A DNA stretch of 64,000 nt from Camelus ferus (lineage: Eukaryota): positions 3,474,001-3,538,000 of the forward strand of contig NC_045697.1 of the NCBI RefSeq assembly GCF_009834535.1, given 5' to 3'. Under the pieces are notes generated by a model, which was not told the origin of the DNA, did no database searches, and saw only the letters and a program-made list of their open reading frames with translations. Shown one piece after another: positions 25,956-37,345 of the stretch. Position 1 is the stretch's first letter. Every line of letters starts with the position of its first letter. The position numbers and the translations under genes are program-made.

Positions 25956-27679
25956 GTTACCATGAAGCCGAGACCTCAAGGTGGACCTCGGAGGGCAGCC
26001 ATTCCCAGGTGGGGAGTCAGGTTCAGCTGGAGCAGGAAGTGCCCAGGGCCCCCGCCCACATCACACATCCATGAAATGATGATCACCCTGTAGCCAGCGA
26101 CTCCCTGCGAACCCTACGCCTCCACCCCTCCAGGAGCACCTGTGTCTCAACATGAGGGGAGGAGGGCAGGTGGTGCTGCTCCGGGCTCGGCCGACTTGCC
26201 CATCCAGCTCCTCTCTGGGGCTCAGGGGTGAAATCTGATCCTCACCAACCCTGTGTTCAGCGGATGCTCTGATTGGACCCTCCCGGCATCTGCTCATCTC
26301 AGCCCTGCTCAGGAATCCCACGGCCCCCTCTCCTGCCCCTTAACTCTTCCAGGCTCACCCACGCACCCACACCTGTTGGGTCAGGTTTGAGTCCTGGCCT
26401 CCCACTTGGCTCCCTGGCAACCCTCACCTCGCCTTGGCCGCCTCCACTCACTGCCTGGCTCTGCCAGCCCACCCTCGGCTGCTGTGACGCAGACCCCAGG
26501 CCTGGCTGCGGGGCCAGGGCTCGGCTCCCCGGGGTCTCTGTGACCCTGGCCTTGGGCTACCTGCCCACGCCCCTCACCTGAGTGCCCTCTCTCCCCCAGA
26601 CCTCACAAAGATGGTACCTGGATAAATCCTACCTTGACCTTCTCAGAAGCAACAAGTGCCTCTTCTGCGGAGCTCAGTGGCTCAAGAGGCCTGTCCAGCC
26701 TCTCTCTCCGAGGCGCTGGCTGGCCTCCCCGACCGCGGTGCGCACCCCCACCACCTCTGCCCCTGCCCTGCCTCCCGCCTGGGGTGCTTCCCCTGGGTGC
26801 CCACTTCATCCAAGTGCTGCGCTCGCACCAGCTTCCCAGGGAGACCCGGGGGCCACCGGGCCAGGGGAGTGCCCGCTTCTCCAGCCCGCTTCCGCCCTCT
26901 CCCTGCTCCACGCCACAGAGCCCGTTCCCACCTGGCCTCAGCCGGGCCGCGGTCTGTTCCCGGGACCTGAACGTCGGTCCCTCCTCCCACCCCAGTGAGC
27001 CCCAGATCGCAGCAGGGGTGGCAAAAATACGCGGGAAATGAGCGACTGCGCGGATCCCACCCTTGGCCGGGTGGTGCAGGGGGTCCTGGGCAGGGACAGG
27101 AGTGTCACCCAGAAGAGGCAGGGAGGGCAGAGAGGGACAGTGGGCCGCCCTGGGGGAGAGCATCGGTATCAGCCCCAGGCAGAGCCCAGTGGGATGAAGG
27201 GAAGGGCCAGGAGGTCGGAGAAGCCGGCACGCCTGTGCTCAGAGTGCAGAGCAGGCTGCAAGCCCTGCCAGGCTGGAGCCCCTGCCACTCTGTGTGGGCA
27301 GTAGAGTGAGCAGCTGTCACCGTGTACCCAGGCAGCTCCTTCCCACCCACACGGCAGGGCGGCCTCGGGGACTGATGCTGAAATGCGGGCCTGAGGGCCG
27401 GGCAGAGTGCTGAGAAATGGGCCGTGTCTTCTGTGCTTTGTGGCATCAGAATCCTCCTGGTTCCCTCCCTCTCCGAGCTGGGCCTCCGAGCAAGGGGTCA
27501 GCAGCTTCTTCCTCACCTCCTCTGCTTCCCTTCCCTGACCCTGGCTCCACTTAAGGGTCCCACCCACAAAATGCTACCTCCCATCCCACTGGGACCAGAC
27601 TTGTCTTTACTTGGGAAGAAAAAATAAACAACTTCCAGATAGATTTTTTTTTTTAAACAAGTGGTATTTATAAAAAAAT

Positions 27680-29490
27680 ACAGCAAATGCTGCCTTTTGT
27701 TAGACGGTGGGTGGTAGGCAGACACACGGCGTGTCATTTCCGGCATTTTCTGTGGGGAGAAATCAGGGTAATGTGGAGCAACACTGCTGGGGTGACGCGG
27801 CCTCGTGCCGCCACGCCAGTGCCACCTCCGCCTGCAGGGCCCCCCCAGCAGTCCTGCCCTATGTGCCCACCCAACAGAGACGCCCACTCTGTCCCAAGAA
27901 TGTACAGAGCAGCAACTAGCGCTCAAACGACCCCAGACTGGAAGTGCCCGATGCCAGCCACAGCGATAAGGAGACAGCGGCAGATGGCGCAGGGGACTCC
28001 GCCCAGCGGCGAGGCGCCGGGAGCTGCGGGGACGGCAGGGCTGGCTCTCGGAAGGACAGTGAAAGCAGCGGACACTGGGAGAGCCTGGCACCGATTCCAC
28101 TACTGCCTGCTCAGAAACAGGTGAGACTAATCTACGGTGAGGAAGACCAGACAAGCACTCACTCTGGCTGAGGGGTGACGGGGAAAGGGCACAGGAGCCT
28201 TCTGCCTCTCCATGGGCGTGCTTTACACACGTGTGTGTATTTGCCAGAAAATACTGCATTGCACAGTTATGAGGTGTGCATTTTGCTATATGTAAATTTT
28301 ATCAGTAGGCTAAAGACAAATGTATACAAATACAGAAGTCTAGTGAGTAGGTTTTACTTTTCACGGTGGCAGGTGTTAGATTTTCTGAAACTACATTTTT
28401 AGATTTTAGGGTTCAGCAAATGAGTATGTTAAGGTTAATGGGAGCCAAACTCCTCACTGTTGGGCAAGGAAATTAAAAATACAGAAAAGGAGAAAACTAG
28501 AATGTTGCCTAAGCTGTCATTACCTAAGGATCAAAGTAAACTCACAGTCTTATGAAGACATATGACAAATGGTTGCTGTGTTACATGTACGTGTGTCCAC
28601 ATGTATGTGCAGATCTGTTTCTACATCTGTGAATGTCTGCTTCTCTACTTCTATGTGAACACATCCTCCCTCCCTCTCTCTTCCTTTACCCCTGTCAGTA
28701 AGAGGTAAGGTGTTCACTGCTCTGTTCACCAAGACAGCCTAGATGTAATGACACCACAGTAACAATGAGCACACCTAGTGTCTGGGTCTTGGTTTCTAAA
28801 TACCATTGCCCTTGGCGAGCAGGCTGATTCCATGGCTGGTTCAAGGAAAGCACAAGACGAGACTGGAACAAGTCTTGTGCCATTAAGTACAGAAGTGCCC
28901 CAAGAATGGTGGACACATGTCAGAAACACAGGCCAGCTCATCGGGCTGTGGGGGACGGGCACACCCGCCATGGAAAACCGTCTGTCGGTGTCTACTGGAC
29001 ACCTGCACGCTGACCCCCACAATTCTGCTCCTCAAGAAAACCCAGTAGAGATGGGGAGACACGTGCGTTCCTAGACATGAATAGAAATGTTTGGAGCAGT
29101 GTCACCCACGCTAGCCCCAACCCAGATGTGACTCAAATGACCACAGAGGGTAGGAGAGATAAATAATGAATTCATCTGATGGATTCCACGCAGAAATGAG
29201 AATGAAACAGCGCAGACGAATCTCATAGGTGCAATATTGCACCTAAGAAGCCAAAATAGTCTGATTTGGGGCAGCGGGTGGGGGCAGGGGCGGGGGGGCA
29301 GGGCAGAGGGGCAGTGGGGGGGCGGGGCAGAGGGGCAGCTGGCAGGTGGGCGGGGGGGCTGCCCAGAATCGTCAGATGTTCTGTCTGGATCTGGATGTTG
29401 GCTCGGTTTGTGAATCTTCACTGAGCTGAGCACTTACAATCTGTGCCTTTTCCTGCTTACATGAAATATTTTAATAAAAATTAAAAAATT
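27680..29490 (+). mobile_element. Cluster of ancient L1 3' fragments (L1ME-like, with an L1MC/MD-like segment at about 28310-28930)
   Basis: gtgcattttgctatatgtaaatttta; aatgagcacacctagtg...ggtttctaaataccatt; atgttctgtctggatctgg...ttttaataaaaa. Confidence 0.65.
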
Positions 29491-30961
29491 AGAAAGTCCC
29501 AGAGAGAAGTCTCTTACATACTTTTTATAAAAAAAAAAAAAACAGTCCAGTGTCTCATCAGTGGGGAGAGCGCCCCGGGCCTCCGGGGCGGGCAGCGTCG
29601 TGGGGAGAGGACCAAGGCAGCAGTCCTGAGGGCCAAGCGGGGGGCCGGGCCACCCGGCGGGGGCCTGCCACAGGCCTGCCCACACTTTGGGCAGGGCCTC
29701 CTGCTCGCTCAGCCCTGTGCCCGCAGTCCTCGTAGGACGAGAGTGGGTGCTCTGGAATTTCAGGCGATGCGCTGAGTGAAAAGCAGGTGCACAAAGAGGG
29801 TGTCGAAAGGAACCAAGCCCTGCCTTCCCCAGGCCCCCAGGCCCCCAGCTCTGCCTCTGCAGATGAAGCCCAGGAGCGGCCAGCTGCCATCCCCGCACCT
29901 GAGTGCCCAGGGCCACCTCATCCCTAAGGCTGCCCCTCCTCTGGTCCAAAGGAACCACGGTCCCGGGGGCGGTGCAAAGAGCTCAGCACGTCCCGTTTTC
30001 CATGTGCTCTTCCCAGCCCAGCCCCCGACCCCAAAGGCGGATGGAACAGCCTAGTCTCGTCCCTCCACCGAGGCCGCTGCAATCTGGGGCCCAGGGCCTG
30101 ACCCACATACCTGGGGGTGCAGTGGCCCTGCTGGACACTCAGAGCCCCAGAATCTGAGAGGGGGCACCATGCAAGGGGCTCACACCCTTGGGCTCCTGAC
30201 CTGCCCACCCTGGGGAGCTCAGCAGGCATGCTGAGCCACATGGAAATCAGGCCACAGGTGAGGCTGGCTCCGGAACTCTCCATCTCACAAACAGGATCCA
30301 ACTCAGGACACCTGTGTGTATCTGCCCAGTGCTGACTCTCTCGCCTGATAATTGTTTTAAAGACTAAGAAAGAAAAATAATGAGATAACAAGTGACACAG
30401 GAATGAAACAATCTTCCTATCGACTGTGGACCAGCCCACCCTCGGCCACGGTTCCTGAAGGAAGAAGCTGACTGGGCCCAGGACCCGGTTTTCTGCCAGC
30501 TTTCCCACATGTGGCTGTCCGGGGAGGCACTCCCATCACAGATGAAGACACGAAGGTGCCCCACACAGCACCGCTGGCGAGTGCCAGGGCCAGGAACAGG
30601 GCTGGCCAGGCAAGCCACTTCAAGGCCGAGTACAGAAAATAGCAGCTTCGGTGGTTACCAGTCGTTAAAGTCACTTAATCTTCTGGCATGAAAAGGACAG
30701 AATGCCTTTTGTATCCCCCAAGAGACTCAAAGTCCCCTCCAAGAGTCTCATATTCTAGGAGGGGACCCAGCCAGGAGAGCAAGTCAGGACAGGACAGTGA
30801 GCCCTGGGGAAGCTGCCGCCGCCCAGGAAGGGGGCAGGTGGGCTTCCAAGAAAGGGGTCTTTGAGCTGGATGTTGAAAGATGGATGAGTTTCCCCAGGAA
30901 GATGGGAAAACGGTTTTCCAGGTAGAAGCGACCCACACCAGGCTGTGGGGAACCAGGGTGA

Positions 30962-31044
30962 TGAGTCAGGCTGCGGAGGTGCCAGGAGGGCAGGACCGCC
31001 CTGTGCGGCTGCTCAGGGGCCAGGTGGGACGGCTGGGTTTATAG
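30962..31044 (+). promoter_or_regulatory. Candidate PSAPL1 proximal promoter (AP-1 site plus TATA-like box)
   Basis: TGAGTCA at 30962-30968 and TTTATAG at 31038-31044, about 50 bp upstream of the ATG, in otherwise GC-rich sequence. Confidence 0.5.
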
Positions 31045-31094
31045 CGCCAGCTGGGCGGACAGGCACAGTGGAGCCGGCCGAGCGACCACGCAGC

Positions 31095-32688
31095 ATGCTC
31101 TGTGCGCTGCTTCTCCTGCCCGGGGTCCTGGGCGCTGCCCTGGCCGGCCCCCTCTCTGGCCCCGAAGAGTGTGCAAAGGGCTCAGCAGTGTGGTGCCAGG
31201 ACCTGCAGGCAGCAACGAGGTGCGGGGCCGTGGAGCACTGCCGTAGCACCATCTGGAGCCAACCCGCCACCAAGTCCCTGCCCTGTGATGTGTGCCTGGA
31301 TGTGGCGGCTGCCGCCAGCAACGGGCTGAACCCCGATGCCATGGAGAATGACGTCCTGGCTTTGGTGATGAAGACCTGTGAGTGGCTGCCCAGCCAGGAG
31401 TCCTCGACCAAATGCAAGCAGATGGTGGACGTCCACCACTTGGCCATCCTGAGCTTGCTCCGGTGGGGCCCCCAGCAGCGGCCCTGCACAGGTGTGTGCG
31501 GCTCTCACCCTCTGTGAGCCACTGCAGAGGCACCCAACCACTCTGGGGCCGCTCTCAGAGGAGGACACGTCCCAGGTGGTGGCCCCATTCATGGCTAGTG
31601 GGACCCTCAGCTTCCACCCATCGCGGATTCCTGAGTGCCAGGACTGTGTCCAGCTGGTCACCCGGCTCCAGGATGCTGTTGGGCCCAATCTGTCCAACTT
31701 GGCAGAGGTGACCACACAGGAGCAATGTGAGTCCCTGGGGCAGGGCCTGGCTCTTTTTTGCAAGAACTACATCCACCGGATTTTTGCCTCTACTGGGCAA
31801 ACCCTGAGGTTTATCCCACCGAATGAGATCTGCAGGAAGGGGGGCTTCTGTGAGGAACCTAAGACACCGGCCCACTTGGCTCATGTGGCTGCTGTGGATG
31901 GGGTCCCTTCCCTGGAGCTGGCATCTCCGAGGGAGAAGAGCGAGGTCCAGATGACGGCTGGCGTGACCTGTGACCTGTGTCTGCAAGGGGTCCAGGAGCT
32001 GGACCAGTGGCTGAAAAACAACAGCACCAAGACCCTCATCAGCCAAGCCCTGGAGCGCGTGTGCTCAATGCTGCCCACTCCCATAGTCCGGGAGTGCATC
32101 ACCTTGGTGGATGCCTACAGCCCCTCCCTGATGGAGCTCCTGGCCTCAGTCACCCCGCAAAGGCTGTGCACAGCCATCCGGCTGTGCGGCAGACGCAGGC
32201 TGGCCCGGTCAGTCCCCGAGGCCCAGGCAACCACGCTGCGCCCCCTGCTGGACAAGGAGGACCAGGGCAGCTTCTGCAGTGGATGCAAGAGGCTGCTCGG
32301 CGTGTCTGCCCGCAACCTGGAGCGTAAGAGCACGGTGTCCGGCATTCTGAAGGCCTTCAAGGGCGGCTGCAGCATCCTGCCGCTGCCCTATATGATGCAG
32401 TGCAACCGCTTCGTGACCGAGTACCATCCTGTGCTCGTCCAGACCCTCATGGAAGTGATGGACCCTGAGGCCCTGTGCATGAAGATGGGCGCCTGCCACG
32501 TCCCCAGGACCGCGCTGCTGGGCACCGACCAGTGCGTCTTGGGCCCCAGCTTCTGGTGCCGGAGCCCAGAGGCGGCCGAGATGTGCGGCGCCGTGGAGCA
32601 CTGCCAGCGCTACATGTGGAAAGAGAAGCCCTTCTACGCCGGCAACACGCGTGACCCCAGCGTGCCGAGACCCGATGCCGGCCAGTGA
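31095..32688 (+). pseudogene. PSAPL1: Prosaposin-like 1, single exon, frameshifted in this sequence (pseudogene, null allele or assembly error)
   Basis: ORF 30945..31517 from ATG 31095 gives a signal peptide (MLCALLLLPGVLGAALA), the N-terminal SapA module (ECAKGSAVWCQD) and most of saposin domain 1. ORF 31492..32688, in another frame, gives the rest: three more 6-Cys saposin domains and the C-terminal LLGTDQCVLGPSFWCRS module. Removing one base at 31461-31463 joins them as ILSLLRGAPSSGPAQVCAALTLCE. Gene identity is near certain; pseudogene status is less so. Confidence 0.85.
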
Positions 32689-33429
32689 CCCCGGGGAGGC
32701 CCTCATCTCCCTGAATCCCGCAGGGGCCCCACGAGGGGGAGCTGTCCCCATCCCCATTCCACAGATGAGAAACTGAGGCTCCAAGCAGGGAGGCTCAAAG
32801 CAGCAGGGCTCTGTCTTGACCCCTGGCCCCCGGCTCTGCCCTTGCATGTGCCTCTGAATGGACTGAACGTCTGGATTGCGCCACCCCCACCCCCGGCCAA
32901 CAGCCCCGTCTCCGTCACTGTGCTGGTGTGGACGGTGTAGGGGGGCCTGGCAGTGGCCTCTGGTGCCCCTTCTTCACCTGGCTAAGGGGGTCCTGGCTGG
33001 GGTGAGCGGTGGAAGGGGCAGAGGGCAGGTAGCAGCCCAACCTTCTTGTCAAACAGCTGGGGTGGGGGTGGCTAGGTCTCATCCACAGCCACCGTCAAGC
33101 CAGAGCTGCTCAACCTGGGGCCCTGAGGGTGACCTCAAAGGTGCCTATGAGGCGTGTCTGTGGACCTTCGTGGGCAGGAGGCTGGGGCCTAGACCACATG
33201 CTGTGCGGAGTTCTTGGGCTCAGAGAAGTCCTCCCGATGCCTCTGCCCACTGCAGGGCTCTCTCCCTGTACCCCAGACTCCTGCCCAGACGGGAAGCCTG
33301 GGTTGTGCTCCAAGTAAGGAGAGGCAAATGTGTTGGCAAAGAGCCCACAGGGCCAGCCCGGGGGGTCGGGGGTGGCTTCTGGGGGCCGCGGAGCAGCACA
33401 GGCAAATGCGGCCGGGCAGTGACAAGCAG

Positions 33430-33495
33430 ACCCCTCCACCTGTCGGAGCCTCAGTTTTCTGATCTGTAGAATGGGGGTGATCACACCTGTCTCTT
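33430..33495 (+). mobile_element. MIR core downstream of the PSAPL1 stop
   Basis: gagcctcagttttctgatctgtagaatggggg. Confidence 0.7.
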
Positions 33496-34774
33496 GGGGA
33501 CGCTGAGACAGACTATTTGAGGAGGTGTCCTCAAGCTTCTTCCCCTCCAAAAAGACCAGCATCCATCGATCTGCTGGGACCAGCAGAACCCAGCACAGGG
33601 GTCCCCAGCAGGTACTGAATAAATGGCAAGCTTTCCCCAAATGGCATTTGCTGTGTTTTCATTCTCACGAGGTCCTGGTCCACAAGCTGTGGCAGCACCT
33701 CCTCTTTCTGGCCTCGCCCAGGAGTCCCCTCCTCCAGGAAGCTTTCCTGAGGCTCTGGGCCCGGTTTAGGCACCCGCTGTGGTTTCCCCTCATGCCACAG
33801 TGTCATCATCGGCCTCCCCAGCACACTGTGACCCCCTTGGGGATGGCCACAGGGTGTGAACCCTGCTGAGCCTCGTGCCAGCACAGGGCTGGCGCACAGC
33901 AGGTGCTGAAACATTTGTGGGATGTACACAGGAGTGTTTCAGCCCAGCGGTCGCCTTCAGATGAATTCATCTGGAACAAGAGAATTGCCCAGGTCTGGGT
34001 TAAAAGAGACCTGCGTGGGTGCTCTTTTCTGCGAGGCCACACCTGAGCTCTTAGGCAACTATCCTGGGCCATCGCCCCAGGAAGACGGGTACGCTTGGCC
34101 TGAGACTCCTCAGTGAGGGTGCCTGGTGGCTGGGCCTGGGCCCACCGGTCAGCCCTGTCCAAGATAAGGGCTGGTGGTCGTGCTGACCACCCACCTGAGG
34201 GCCTGGACATGAGCACGAGAGGCAGCTGGTGTCAGATTCCAAAATACGGATGGCTTGTGATCGACAGACATGCAAACTGTTGGACTGGGCACAAACCACG
34301 TCTTGGGGAATAGCCACAGAGGCTGGCGGTCTGCCAGCGTGCGCCCTCTCTGGGGCTGGATGGAGCTGCGGCCCCTCATCTAGCCTGTCTGGGGGAACAC
34401 CTGACAGTTGTGTGACAGCTCACAGCTTCCTGGGACGTCACTGGTCACACATGGTCAGCCTGGGCAAGGCCAGGTAGGGTGAGCACCACGTCTCACAGGT
34501 GACCCATCCATGCAGAGCTGAGACGCTATCCCATCCGCCTTCCCCCCACCCAGATCCACCTGCGGCAGGTGATCAGGGAGGGGTCTCCACATGCCCCTTC
34601 TCTCTGCCTACCCCACTCCCAGGCCTGGGAACCTTCTGCCCTCACCAACCCATTTCAGAGCTACCACTGCACATGGGCCCAGCCAATGCACTGTGCATGT
34701 TGGTCTCACCTACCAAGGGCTTCTTCCTATGTGACCCTAGGAGGCACAGCCCCGAGAGAGCTTGGCCTGGCTTC

Positions 34775-34905
34775 ACTTCTCACCCTCAGAACCACCTTGA
34801 GAGAGGCACCATTATCACCCCATTTCACAGAGGCAGAAACAAAGGACAGAGAGGTTCAATAATTGGCCCAAGGTCACACAGCCAGTAGGCAATGGAGCCA
34901 GGAGT
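34775..34905 (-). mobile_element. MIR
   Basis: attatcaccccatttcacagagg...gcccaaggtcacacagccagt. Confidence 0.8.
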
Positions 34906-37229
34906 CCAGCCCAGGCAGAAGCAGGTTCTAGGCCCTGTGTTCCTGACCCCACATCCTCTGCACCCGAGAGGCTGGAGTTTAAGTCCTGACTCCACCACTC
35001 CACGGCCTGGGCCTCAGTTTCCCATTCCTAAACGCGTCCTCAGCAGGACTGCTGACAACATATGAGAAGGGCCAGGTCAAGGAGGGGGAGCTTTTAAAAC
35101 CTCCTGCTCCCCCTGAGTGTGTCTTTCTGCATCTCTAGCCTGCCCCTTAAAATATGTTTCACTGTTTTCTTTTTGCATATCTTCCTCCTAAGATGCATTG
35201 AAATTCCTAGATCTGATACGGCTGATTTATTTTCCCCAAGTGAGCGTCTTAACCACTCTCGGCTGCTGTTTGCTTATCATTTCCCTCATCAAATTCCTTT
35301 TCGATTAGAAAGCTGGGGGAGCGGGTGGCTGAGCTGCTTGCTGCGGCTGAGGCCGTGAGAGTGAGCACGCGGGGCGCCGGGACACCGGCCGCGGGGAGCC
35401 CACCCAGGTCTCCACCAGGCCGATGGACAGCATCGGGGAAGCGCTCGCTCAACATGAATGCTCGTTACTTCACCATCGCCCCCAGACCTCTAGGCATAGG
35501 GTGTCTTGAAGGTGTGTGGCTGTGCCCACACTCACATCGGCACAGATGGTCTGCACAGAGCCCAGAGTCAGGGCTGGGCCAGCCCCAACTTGCCAGAGCT
35601 AGGGCGGGAAAAGCAGGCCAGCCCTCCTCCCTGCGCCTCCCTCTGCCTCAGTCTCCTTGTCTAGGAAATGGCCCCAGCCACCCCGAAAACAACCCTGGCA
35701 GTGGAAGTGCCTCACACGCCTGCCCCTCGGGGCCCGCCTTCCTCCATCGCCCTGCCCCACCTGGTCTGTCCTCTCTGAGGGTCCCCGTGTCACCTCCCCG
35801 TGAGGTCAGGTCTGGTTGGGTCCCCCCCAGCACCTCCTAGTCCTGCTCCCAGCTCACCGTCTGCTTTAGCCGTCACCACAGGGGACCACCCGTGGGGTTC
35901 ACTTCTCTATCTCATCTGTGGTTTGTCTCCCCTTGGGCAACGTAACCTCTGGGGGCGGGCAGGGATTTTGCCTCAGTGGTCCCCGCTATGTTCTCATCTC
36001 CCACAGCGGAGCCACTCAGAACGGGGCCCTGTGAGTGCCAGGTGAAGCAGTAAACGCTGGCTCTACGTGCCTGTCTTCAGTCTAAAACTCCCTCTGGTCT
36101 GGGCGGGGACCGCCAGTGCTGAGCGCCTCCGTGGAGTCACATGGTTCTGAAAAGGCCCAGCCACGGCCAGCCCCAACCCCAGGTTTAAAATATGGACAGT
36201 CTAGCCTTCAATTAATGAAAGTGAATCACTTCTGCTTAGTCCCAGCTGCCTTCTCAGGGACGCTATGCAAATAAGAATGTCCTCCATGGCCTGGGGGAGG
36301 CCATGGCCAGGTGGGCTGCGTCCCGAGGGCCCACGGCTGACAGCGGGCCTGGGCCTGGGTGTGCGAAGGTGCTCACTTCCCCCAGAGAGCCCTCCAAGCG
36401 GCCCCCCGGGTGGGGGCGGCCCTGCCCCTCTGGCGGCATCTATCCTCGTCCCCACCGGGACGGTCACTGTCAAAGGCAGTCCGGTCCCCGAATCGCCAGC
36501 ACTCAGGAGCTCAGGAGGGGTGGTGGGCGGAGGGCAGGAGGCCACCCCAACTTGGGTCACTGTGGTTCCAATGCTGGTGAGGGAGGGACGTGACAGACAC
36601 TCAGCCCGGAAGTTTCACGATACGCTAATCTCCGAGACGGATGGGAAACTGAGGCACAGGCCACGGTGGAGGACTGCCCCACCATGGGGTTCAGGCCTCA
36701 AGCTTAAGCTTCAATTGCATTTAGGGTCTGGCTCTGATGCAAGGGCTGGGGTGACAAACAGCTGCCTTCGATCACTCAAGGACCCTCCAGGTCCTGAGCG
36801 CCTCTCGCATGAGGCCCTTCCCAAGAGGCCTCCACGCGGTGCTTCGTACCCCCGACACCAGTACCGAGGCCCGGAACAGCACCCTGGAGGCTCAGACCCT
36901 GCCAGAACCCACTTCAGGACAGCCAGGACCCTTCAGGCCCAGGCGCCCGTGTAGCGAGGCCATGCTGGCGGCCAGCAGGGTCCGTCATGCCAGACCAGAA
37001 ACGGCCCCACTTCCCCCCTCCTGTCACCGTGGAGACCTGCCTGTTCCCGACAGCCCAGCTTCCATCGACTACGCCCCCCTCAGGAAGGCTGCCCTGGTCG
37101 CCCCGTTGCTCTGAAACCCCCACTGTTATTGGAGCCAGGCCTGATTGAACATGGTGCGCCACTTCTGGAACAGTCTGGGAGTCATGGGGACCTCACGGCA
37201 GAGCAGAGAGCGCACAGGTTGTGCAGAGG

Positions 37230-37345
37230 GATGTGTTTGAGCCCAGCTTCACCCACCACTCGCTGCTGTGTGACCTTGGGCAGGTTCCTTAACAATTCTG
37301 AGCCTCGTTTTCCCCGTGAGTATAACGTGGTGACACAGGCACCAG
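37230..37345 (+). mobile_element. MIR
   Basis: gctgtgtgaccttgggcaggttccttaac...gagcctcgttttccc. Confidence 0.8.

Noticed and set aside
30945..31094. 50-aa N-terminal extension of PSAPL1 in the ORF track
   Set aside because: It has a GTG start upstream of the TATA-like box. The signal peptide begins at ATG 31095.
31461..31492. Tiny intron or programmed frameshift explaining the PSAPL1 frame break
   Set aside because: The protein is collinear across the break after a single-base correction, leaving no room for an intron. There is also no convincing slippery site.
33618..33623. AATAAA as the PSAPL1 poly(A) signal
   Set aside because: It lies in an L2/MIR-like tail remnant and its use cannot be shown from sequence. 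The human 3' UTR, as I recall, is longer.
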